Below are positions 20,017 to 28,543 of a DNA stretch of 64,000 bases, piece after piece (position 1 is the first letter of the stretch; each line of letters begins with the position of its first letter). The position numbers were made by a program, and so were the translations under genes. The notes below the pieces were generated by a model. The model ran no database searches, was not told the DNA's origin, and worked only from the letters and a program-made list of their open reading frames with translations. Origin of the DNA: Bacteroidia bacterium (GTDB lineage Bacteria > Bacteroidota > Bacteroidia > UKL13-3); contig JBILVK010000003.1 in NCBI GenBank assembly GCA_044370475.1, positions 12,452 through 76,451 of the forward strand, written 5' to 3'.

Positions 20017-23000
20017 ATGAAAAACATTTCAATAAAATTAAAGGCAATTTTAACATTCCTATTATTTACAGGGCTTAACCAAGGCTTTGTTTTTGCTCAA
20101 GGAATTATTCCCAGCTATCCACAAACCACTGGAATGGTCTACAACATGGTCTCTAAAAATGATACGGTGTTTATGACTGGCAATTTCTCGAGTGTTTATT
20201 ATGCTGATAGTATTGCAAGTTATGGCACAATTATCAATAAGGTAACTGGAAAACCCGCTGCATCTTGGGATCAACCAAATGGTGTGGTGAATGCAAGTAC
20301 ACCAGATGGAAATGGAGGTGTTTTTATTGGAGGTGACTTTTCTAAAGTTGGAGGGCAAAATGCAGGAAGAATTGCTCATTTAAATAACCAAGGACAACTA
20401 TCAAATTTATTAACCAACAGTAATGTTAATGGCGTGGTAAAAGCAATGGCCACACTAGGTGATACTTTGTTTGTGGGTGGACAATTTTCTTTGGTGGGTG
20501 AGTTTCTAGAATCTGCTGGCGCACCTGCATTTAGGCATACCAATTGGGTTAGTTTAAATTTTCCAACTATTAATGGAGATGTAGATTGCGCCATTCCAGA
20601 TGGACTAGGGGGTTGGTACGTAACAGGCAATTTTACAAGTGTGGGCGGAATATTGCGCAATAGGGCTGCAAGAATTGATGGGAATGGAAATGTACTTGCT
20701 TGGAATCCCAATATTAATGGCAGAACACTTACCATGACAACTTTCCAAGATAAAGTTTACTTGGGTGGATCATTTTCAAATGTTGGAGGTATTGTTAGAT
20801 CGGGAATTGCCTCGGTAGATACCGCTACTGGCGCTGTAAGCACTTGGAATCCTGGCACTCCTTCAATGGTTATTAGGTCGTTTAGCAAAATAGGAAATAT
20901 ACTTTATGTAGCAGGGGCATTTAATAGCATAGCAGCCACTAGCAGAGCTAATATTGCCTCCTTTAATCTACCTTTAGGCACACTCACAACTTTTAATACA
21001 ACCATGGCCAGTTCTGGTGCAAGTCTTTTTTCTGTAGTAGCGGTAGGCAATAAAGTTTTTGTGGGAGGATCTTTTAACATAATAGGAGGAATAACTCGTA
21101 ACAATTTAGCTTGTCTAGATGCTGGCACGGGCAATACCAATAACACATGGAATGCAAACACAGATAATAGGGTAAATAAAATTCTTTACTTCAATGGCCG
21201 CATATATGTGGGTGGCACCTTTAATTTAATAAAAGGTTTATCTAGGACCTACCTTGCCGCCGCAGATACAAACACTGGAATAATTCACTCCTTCACGCCA
21301 AATTTAACGGGGGAAGTAGTTGCAATGGAAATTGGAGAAACAGATTCTAATTTGTACATTTCTGGAAATTTTACTAATTTTTACTATTCTTATAACCTGC
21401 TCAATCACTCGGGTAGTGCTTGGCCGTTAAAATCAAATTACTATGCCAATACCCTTTCTTTAGTTGGTTCAAGGCTATTTGTTGGGGGCGCATTTAATAC
21501 CATTGGAGGCGCCTACCGCAACAATCTAGCGGCATTTAGCAAGTCCACTGGAGCACTTTTCAATTGGAACCCAGATGTAAACGCGCGCGTTGAAGCAATT
21601 TGCAATGTAAAAGACTCTTTTATTTTTGTGGCCGGTTATTTTAGTCAAGTTGGCTCATCTAATAGAGATAAACTTGCAAGTTTCAATAGATCAGGGAATT
21701 TAACCAATTTCTCATGGGGATTTGGATTTAGCTCTTATTTAAAGGCTTTAGCATTTGGTGGTGATTCTATATTATATGTAGGAGGTAATTTCTCAAGCGC
21801 AAGCACCGCAACTCCAGTTCTAATACCATCTATTAATGCAGGAGAAATTGCAGCCCTAAACTTTAGAACAGGCAGATTTCAACCAACTTGGAACCCCAAT
21901 GCAAATTATGAGGTGAATGTGCTTTTAGTTGATAGTAATATTGTTTATGCCGGCGGAACCTTTTCAAATCTTGGTGGGCAAAGTAGAAATTGTTTAGGAG
22001 CCATATATAGGAACAATGCCCTAGCAACAAATTTTAATGTTGGACTAGTGCCTGCTGATATTGTAAATGCACTATCCAAAGACGGAAATAATCTGATTGT
22101 TGGAGGTGTTTTTAACTATGCACCCGTCAGCACAATTATTAGAAAAAATCTTGCCTCCTTTAATGTTAACACCAATGGCCTTAATAAATTTATTAGCGAG
22201 CCAAATTTGGCCGTAAATTGCCTAACAAAACTTGGCAATCAAATTTATTGTGGAGGAAATTTTACTGTTTTGGGGGCATTGAGCAGAAACAATATGGCAG
22301 CCTTTTTAGCTAGCAATGGTTCCCTCCTAGATTTTGATATTAGTATTGCAAATACAACTGGAAATTTAGGCCTAGGAGGTCTTGAATGGGTTGATGATTA
22401 CCTTTTTGTAGGAGGCCAATTCAACAGAGTTGGCGATTCTATTAGAACTAATCTTGGGATGATTCATATCCCAACTCAAACAATAATGCCCTTTAATCCA
22501 ATACCAAATGGCATAATCTATTCAATTTATTACCATCAAAACTACCTTTATATTGGGGGGCAATTTACCAATATAGCAGGCAATACACGCAACAGATTAG
22601 CCATTTTTAATTATCCCAGCTTAACCATAAACGCTATTAATCCTAACTTTAGTGGTTGGCCTTTAACTTATGCGGCAATCAATAATAGTAAATTAATATT
22701 GGGAGGCGGCTTTACAACAATTGGCGGAATAAGTGCCGCCAATTGTGCCACTTTTAATCTTCCAGCTTTTACAAGAATTACAAGCGCTCCGCTCTATACT
22801 AACCCTTTGTTAAATGCCTCAGTTGTTCAAACAAGCTTAATTAAAAATCAAATATTTGTGGCTGGCGGTTTTAACTTAATTGGAGGAATATCAAAACCAC
22901 ATTTTGCCATTATTGATACTGCCACCTTATTACCTACCAGCTTTGTTTCTAATATATCGGGTGGTAGTGTTTCTAAATTTGATATTTCTGAGGGAGGGAA

Positions 23001-24477
23001 TGCTTATTTATCGGGGTCATTTACCACATTAGGTGGAGCCTCCAGATCTATCATAGGATCCATCTCCACTATAACTGGCCTAGCTAATAATTGGGCGCCC
23101 TCTATCCAAAATATAAATTCCATAAATCCTACTCAAGTTAATAAAATTTTAACCTTTGGAAATAAAGTAATTGTGGCTGGTAGATTTAATAGAATAAATG
23201 GCATACCAATGAATAATTTGGTAGTGCTTTATGGCGCAGATACAGCTATAACTGTAACAAGCCTCAGCGCTTCGGGCAATGTTTGCCTGGGTGCTAACTT
23301 AACTGCAAATTACTCTGTAAACAAAAATTTTGGTTCAGGCAACCAATTTTTTGTTGAACTCGTAGATACTGGTTTTCCATTTAAACCTGCCATTCAAATT
23401 GGCTCATTATCTTCATCTGTAGGTGGCGCAATTTCATGCACCATTCCACGAACCATATCAAGCAACACGAGCTATTTACTTCAAATTAGGTCGACCAACC
23501 CAGTTAGTATTTCTACTCCAGCTTCTTCGTTAATAAGGCCCACAGATTGTACTCCAAATATTGGACCATTTAATTTTATTATTACGAATTTAACCAACCA
23601 AAGTGCCTCTTTTACTTGGACCAGAGGTAATGGTCAAAAATGCTTGGTAATTGCCAAATTAGGAAGCATTGTAAACAAACTTCCAACCAATGGAATTGTG
23701 TACAATGCCAATTCAAATTTTGCACAGGGCGATTCTCTTGGCGATGGAAATTTTGTTGTATATAATGGTACAGGAAATTCCCTTACCGTTAACAATTTAA
23801 ATATAGCAAGCAATTACCATTTTGCCGTCATAGAATTTAATGGAGTCACCTCAAGTACCTCCTATTTAAACACTCAAGTATTATATGGTAATGCCCTTAC
23901 TTTACCCGTGAGTTGGTTGGATTTTAAAGCAGAAAAATCAGGTTCAAACCAAGCTATTTTATGGTGGTCTACTGCCTCCGAAACAAATAATTCTCATTTC
24001 ATAATAGAAAGGAAATATTCTGAAAAAATGAATTGGGAAAATATTGGCAGAACAGAAGGAAATGGAAATACTTCTGCCAAATCTAACTACCTTTTTGTGG
24101 ATGAAATTCCAAAAGAATTATTGAAAGAACCTGTATTCTTTTACCGAATAAAACAAGTCGACTTTAACGGTAAATATGACTATTCCAAAATGGTGATTTT
24201 GTATTTCCAAAACCAAGGAGAAAATAACCTTTTAGTCATGCCAAATCCATTTTCAGAAAACCTATCAATTTCTTTCGGTCTGAACCAAATACATGGTTAT
24301 AAAATATACAACCTCAATGGCAAATTGGTGCAAGAAGAAAGCTTCAATAAAGGGCTTACATCAGGCAAACAAACATCACCCATTTCCATCTCAACAGAAA
24401 CCCTCCATTCTGGCATTTTCTTCATAGAAATAGACACTTCATTGGGTAAAATTAGAAGAAAAATGGTAAAGAATTAA
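20017..24477 (+). CDS. Large secreted protein with about 20 tandem ~55-60-aa repeats (GGxFxxIGGxxRNxLA..D, delta-60/beta-propeller-like), an FN3-like segment and a T9SS type A C-terminal domain.
   Basis: 1486 aa with signal peptide MKNISIKLKAILTFLLFTGLNQGFVFAQ. The repeats were read directly from the translation. C-terminus LLVMPNPFSENLSISF...GIFFIEID. Confidence 0.7.
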   Translation: MKNISIKLKAILTFLLFTGLNQGFVFAQGIIPSYPQTTGMVYNMVSKNDTVFMTGNFSSVYYADSIASYGTIINKVTGKPAASWDQPNGVVNASTPDGNGGVFIGGDFSKVGGQNAGRIAHLNNQGQLSNLLTNSNVNGVVKAMATLGDTLFVGGQFSLVGEFLESAGAPAFRHTNWVSLNFPTINGDVDCAIPDGLGGWYVTGNFTSVGGILRNRAARIDGNGNVLAWNPNINGRTLTMTTFQDKVYLGGSFSNVGGIVRSGIASVDTATGAVSTWNPGTPSMVIRSFSKIGNILYVAGAFNSIAATSRANIASFNLPLGTLTTFNTTMASSGASLFSVVAVGNKVFVGGSFNIIGGITRNNLACLDAGTGNTNNTWNANTDNRVNKILYFNGRIYVGGTFNLIKGLSRTYLAAADTNTGIIHSFTPNLTGEVVAMEIGETDSNLYISGNFTNFYYSYNLLNHSGSAWPLKSNYYANTLSLVGSRLFVGGAFNTIGGAYRNNLAAFSKSTGALFNWNPDVNARVEAICNVKDSFIFVAGYFSQVGSSNRDKLASFNRSGNLTNFSWGFGFSSYLKALAFGGDSILYVGGNFSSASTATPVLIPSINAGEIAALNFRTGRFQPTWNPNANYEVNVLLVDSNIVYAGGTFSNLGGQSRNCLGAIYRNNALATNFNVGLVPADIVNALSKDGNNLIVGGVFNYAPVSTIIRKNLASFNVNTNGLNKFISEPNLAVNCLTKLGNQIYCGGNFTVLGALSRNNMAAFLASNGSLLDFDISIANTTGNLGLGGLEWVDDYLFVGGQFNRVGDSIRTNLGMIHIPTQTIMPFNPIPNGIIYSIYYHQNYLYIGGQFTNIAGNTRNRLAIFNYPSLTINAINPNFSGWPLTYAAINNSKLILGGGFTTIGGISAANCATFNLPAFTRITSAPLYTNPLLNASVVQTSLIKNQIFVAGGFNLIGGISKPHFAIIDTATLLPTSFVSNISGGSVSKFDISEGGNAYLSGSFTTLGGASRSIIGSISTITGLANNWAPSIQNINSINPTQVNKILTFGNKVIVAGRFNRINGIPMNNLVVLYGADTAITVTSLSASGNVCLGANLTANYSVNKNFGSGNQFFVELVDTGFPFKPAIQIGSLSSSVGGAISCTIPRTISSNTSYLLQIRSTNPVSISTPASSLIRPTDCTPNIGPFNFIITNLTNQSASFTWTRGNGQKCLVIAKLGSIVNKLPTNGIVYNANSNFAQGDSLGDGNFVVYNGTGNSLTVNNLNIASNYHFAVIEFNGVTSSTSYLNTQVLYGNALTLPVSWLDFKAEKSGSNQAILWWSTASETNNSHFIIERKYSEKMNWENIGRTEGNGNTSAKSNYLFVDEIPKELLKEPVFFYRIKQVDFNGKYDYSKMVILYFQNQGENNLLVMPNPFSENLSISFGLNQIHGYKIYNLNGKLVQEESFNKGLTSGKQTSPISISTETLHSGIFFIEIDTSLGKIRRKMVKN

Positions 24478-24655
24478 CATCATTTTTTGCCTACTTATTT
24501 GAATAATATTGATTTGAAATATTTAAAAATTGATTGGGACATTGAATAGCAAATTGGCAAAACAATTAATCCGTTAAATCAATATCAACCTTTCTTGCTT
24601 TATGCTCACTTCACCCCTTTGTCGACATTCAGCACATTGGAATTAAATCAGGATT

Positions 24656-25285
24656 TTAAAATTGGTACTTTGAAAGAATTTCATCTATTGACTTATCACC
24701 ATCATTTTGATATATTTCATTGTGAAATTTCTCAAGATATACCAAGGACGATTTTAATTGAACCTTTTCTTCTTCAGACAAATTTCCTGCTTTTAGTAAC
24801 AAGTCCTTTTTCGACTGTTCTAAAATGTTCTCTCTTGTTCGTTTACCTTTCGCTGTAAGTTCTACTCGTTTGATTCGCTTATCTTTCTTATCCACAATTT
24901 CTTTAACCATACCAATTTCAATCAGTCGTTTCATCATCTGAGTACCAGTAGTAAGTTCAGAAATAGTGTCCTTGTATACTTCATTTTTAGCTGGAGTTCC
25001 TCTGTTGTTTATGGATACTAAAAAGAAATATTCATCCATACTGTTTAAGCCATTGGTATTTAAAACGCTTTTTGCATACCAACGAAAATACTTAGATAGA
25101 CGATGGATATTCCAAACAATAAAGCGATTGTCGTCAACAGTTTTACCAATCTTACCTTTTTGTTTTTCAGGTTCATGCATTCTTCGATTAAGCCAAACCG
25201 AAAACTCTTTAACATCATCGCTTCCCGTTTCACTATGAAATGCATCAAACAGGTTAACCAATTCGACTATTTTTTTACCCTCCAT
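24656..25285 (-). CDS. MarR-like winged-helix transcriptional regulator with an N-terminal extension.
   Basis: 209 aa. The C-terminal half (LVSINNRGTPAKNEVYKDTISELTTGTQMMKRLIEIGMVKEIVDKKDKRIKRVELTAKG) fits a MarR wHTH. It is divergent from the T9SS cargo genes. Confidence 0.5.
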   Translation of the reverse strand: MEGKKIVELVNLFDAFHSETGSDDVKEFSVWLNRRMHEPEKQKGKIGKTVDDNRFIVWNIHRLSKYFRWYAKSVLNTNGLNSMDEYFFLVSINNRGTPAKNEVYKDTISELTTGTQMMKRLIEIGMVKEIVDKKDKRIKRVELTAKGKRTRENILEQSKKDLLLKAGNLSEEEKVQLKSSLVYLEKFHNEIYQNDGDKSIDEILSKYQF

Positions 25286-25400
25286 TGAATTTCATTTAAA
25301 ATACTTCACAAATGTAGTAAAAATTTTACTTTACTTCTGTATTGTTATATATAATTTTTAGTGTAGTTTTGTAGTATTAAAAATTATTCATACTACAGAA
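25286..25400. promoter_or_regulatory. AT-rich divergent intergenic region between the MarR-like gene and the T9SS cargo genes. It presumably carries both promoters.
   Basis: Position only. No motif was verified. Confidence 0.3.
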
Positions 25401-26369
25401 ATGAAGCAACTCATCCTAACAATAATAATGGCTAGTGCCATTTTAATGCAAACAAAAGCACAGCTACCCCTTGAGGTTAATTTCGATAATGGTAGTTATT
25501 TGCCATTACAATTAAGGTATGGTCCAAACGACAATCCAAGCCAGCAAGACACAAGTTATACTGTAAAGGTGCAAGGTGGCAAGGCACATCTTATTTGCCC
25601 GACTTCAACTGCCCAAATTCGTTTAAGTGGGTTTTTAGATTTACCCCAAGCCGTAAATGGCATATCAGGTAACTTGAACCACCGATGGACATTCACAAAT
25701 GTTTCTGATTTTAATGTATTAGGAACAAATGCTATTGCTGGATGCTATATACGAGGCGAAATGAATCACTGGGTTGGAGGCATGTTTGGTGATTATTGGT
25801 TTGGGATGATAGTGACTTCCGCTGGAAAGGTTTCAGTCATTAGGCAAGGTACCAATAATTTACAAACTGAACCTTTTACAGCAATTGATAGTGTAAGCTA
25901 CGAGATTAGAAAAATTGGTGATAGTAAATTGCAACTGTGGGCAAAATATGATAATGCTGCCTGGCATCAGGTGGGTAACGAAATTACTATTACTTTAAAC
26001 ACATCAACATCCGGCGCCAATTATAATGTTGCCGTAACGCATGTGAGAATTCTAAATAATAATGGGAATAAAGTAGATGTAGCTATAGATAATATGTTAT
26101 GGTGGCAACCTTCAACTACCTCTTTGATAGAGGCGAATGCCTCGAAAAAAATAGATGCATATCCAAACCCGGCGTCAAACTACATATACTTTTCAAACCT
26201 TTTACCTCAGCATAAAATTTATTTTTTTGATGCAATGGGAAGACAAGTTATTTTTTTTAATGAACCTTCTGAAATTGACATTACCAGTCTAAGCAACGGG
26301 ATATATTTCGTAAAGATTTTTGATGGTCAGGATAAGGTTGTAGGTTCAACTAAAATACTAAAGCAATAA
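25401..26369 (+). CDS. Secreted protein with a T9SS type A C-terminal sorting domain.
   Basis: 322 aa with a signal peptide. C-terminus IDAYPNPASNYIYFSNLLP...GIYFVKIFDGQDKVVGSTKILKQ. Confidence 0.65.
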   Translation: MKQLILTIIMASAILMQTKAQLPLEVNFDNGSYLPLQLRYGPNDNPSQQDTSYTVKVQGGKAHLICPTSTAQIRLSGFLDLPQAVNGISGNLNHRWTFTNVSDFNVLGTNAIAGCYIRGEMNHWVGGMFGDYWFGMIVTSAGKVSVIRQGTNNLQTEPFTAIDSVSYEIRKIGDSKLQLWAKYDNAAWHQVGNEITITLNTSTSGANYNVAVTHVRILNNNGNKVDVAIDNMLWWQPSTTSLIEANASKKIDAYPNPASNYIYFSNLLPQHKIYFFDAMGRQVIFFNEPSEIDITSLSNGIYFVKIFDGQDKVVGSTKILKQ

Positions 26370-26380
26370 TAAATATTAAT

Positions 26381-28147
26381 ATGAGAACATTATTTTTACT
26401 AGCTGTATTAACCTTTTGTGGTAAAAACCCATTAATTGCTCAAAACAACCTTGCCATCTTATATGGAAGTGTAGGAATGGAATACGGCAAAGCAAGTGCA
26501 GTTGATGCAGATACCAACTATATCAATGGTTCACTTTTTCAAAATACCATAAATGTTAATCCGTATGGAACAACAAATTTGACTGCACCAGGTGCAACAA
26601 CTGAAATTGCCTTAACTAAATACGATAGACATGGTCAATTGATTTGGGCTAAAAGCTTTGGCGGGAATACAACAAGCGAAGCACCACACGGAATTGATTG
26701 CGATGCTGCAAAAAACATTTATGTAACAGGTTATTTTGGTAGCACCACTGCATCAGGTCCTTTAAATGCTGCCTTCAACCCCTCAGGTGGAGGTACAGTT
26801 TCCACCCAAGGAAACGAAGATTGCTTTGTTGCCAAGTACGACCAAAATGGAATTTACCAATGGGCATTCGGACTTGGAAATACAGGTGCAAATACACAAG
26901 AAAGAGCTTGGGATATTGCAACAGATGCAAATGGAAATTCATACGTAGTTGGTGGTTTTCATGGAACAATAAACTTCAATCCATTAGGAACAGCAATGAA
27001 TTATACTTTACCCGACACTCTTGCAGGATTATTTATTGCTAAATACAATTCAACAGGTATTTGCCAATGGGTTGTAATGTTAGATGCACAATGTACGAAT
27101 GTATTTACCGAAGCTTATGCTACTTGTGATTTAGACGCAAATGGAAATTTATATGTAGCTGGAAATTTTCGAGGCAATAACATCAATTTTAATCCACTTG
27201 GTACTTCAACAACCCTAACAAGCAGCGGACTTACAGATATGTTTATTGCTAAATACAATACATCAAGCGGAGTAATGAGTTGGGTAAAAAAAATTGGTGG
27301 AGCCGCACAGGACATTGTTTCGCCTGGTTCCTTGCGCTGTGACAATAATGGAAATCCATATTTTACGGGACGACTTAGTGGCACAGGTACTGTTGACTTT
27401 GACCCTTCGGCAGGTACAAGCAACATTATAAATTCGTCGTTGTATTTGGCAACTTATGACACAAACGGAAATTTGCGATATGCTGTAGGAATGAATAGCG
27501 GTATTGGTGATGGCGGACACAGAGTTAGTTTTGATGGCAACAATGACGTTTTTATAACTGGTTGGATGAATGGCACAGCAACTTTCGGAACAATTTCGCG
27601 ATCAGCCAACTCTACAACTGCCGATGTATTTATAGCAAAATATAACAATAATCTAACAAACTGCTATTGGGCTTTCAACTTTGGTGGCACTGGTAGCACT
27701 GCAAATAGCATTTGCGCCGGACTTTCTATTGACCAAGAAAATAATGCAATTATAACAGGACAACTATATGGTACAAACGCTGACATTGACCCAACAGCTG
27801 CAACGCTTAATTTTTCAAGCATTGGCAATAATGACTGCTTTATAATTAAATATACCAATATGGGTCAATTATGGGTTAAAGATTCGACCACCACCACTGG
27901 AATTAAAGAACAATTTCTAAGCCAACTTCATATTTTTCCAAATCCATCAACAGACATAATTCATATCCAAAGCACGTACAATGAACAATTATTGTACGAC
28001 ATTTACAATTCATTGGGAGAAATAGTTAGTACAGGAAATTGTTTTAATCAGATTGACGTTTCAAAATTACCAATTGGTCCTTACTTGTTATTTTTGAAAG
28101 ATAAAAACAATAGAAAACTAACAACTAATAAGTTTTTAAAAGAATAA
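26381..28147 (+). CDS. SBBP (beta-propeller) repeat protein with a T9SS type A C-terminal sorting domain.
   Basis: 588 aa with a signal peptide. Repeated NIYVTGYFGS / NSYVVGGFHGTINFNP / NLYVAGNFRGNNINFNP motifs. C-terminus LHIFPNPSTDIIHIQ...PYLLFLKD. Confidence 0.7.
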   Translation: MRTLFLLAVLTFCGKNPLIAQNNLAILYGSVGMEYGKASAVDADTNYINGSLFQNTINVNPYGTTNLTAPGATTEIALTKYDRHGQLIWAKSFGGNTTSEAPHGIDCDAAKNIYVTGYFGSTTASGPLNAAFNPSGGGTVSTQGNEDCFVAKYDQNGIYQWAFGLGNTGANTQERAWDIATDANGNSYVVGGFHGTINFNPLGTAMNYTLPDTLAGLFIAKYNSTGICQWVVMLDAQCTNVFTEAYATCDLDANGNLYVAGNFRGNNINFNPLGTSTTLTSSGLTDMFIAKYNTSSGVMSWVKKIGGAAQDIVSPGSLRCDNNGNPYFTGRLSGTGTVDFDPSAGTSNIINSSLYLATYDTNGNLRYAVGMNSGIGDGGHRVSFDGNNDVFITGWMNGTATFGTISRSANSTTADVFIAKYNNNLTNCYWAFNFGGTGSTANSICAGLSIDQENNAIITGQLYGTNADIDPTAATLNFSSIGNNDCFIIKYTNMGQLWVKDSTTTTGIKEQFLSQLHIFPNPSTDIIHIQSTYNEQLLYDIYNSLGEIVSTGNCFNQIDVSKLPIGPYLLFLKDKNNRKLTTNKFLKE

Positions 28148-28510
28148 GCTATTTCCTTTGACCAACTCGCCAAAAGAGATTTTGAAGTATCAAGACATTA
28201 GACTATTGAAGATTTTTTGACCAAAAACAATTACAAGTAATTATATCTACATTTCTTATAGATAAATATATGGTCTATTAGAAAAGGACAACTATTTAAC
28301 TTAATGATGAAGGCTGGTCTTGAAAAAATAGGTTAATGTAGAAACAACAAGCTAACCACGATATTGGCTATACTTTATCAATTCTACCACACCTCAAATT
28401 TTTCATTTAAAAGCTTCAATTGGCGATTATCAACTAAACAGTCCAAATAGAGCCCTGCTCCCCATAAAACCATGAGGCTAAAAAACAAATTTGAAGAATA
28501 AAAATTAGTA

Positions 28511-28543
28511 GAAAAGTTCGGGTTTTAAATACCCAAACTTTTC
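28511..28543 (-). terminator. Probable rho-independent terminator of valS (hairpin GAAAAGTTCGGGT/ACCCAAACTTTTC overlapping the stop codon, followed by a U-rich tract on the minus strand).
   Basis: Inverted repeat read from the sequence. The T-rich run lies at 28490-28508 on the minus strand. Confidence 0.4.
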
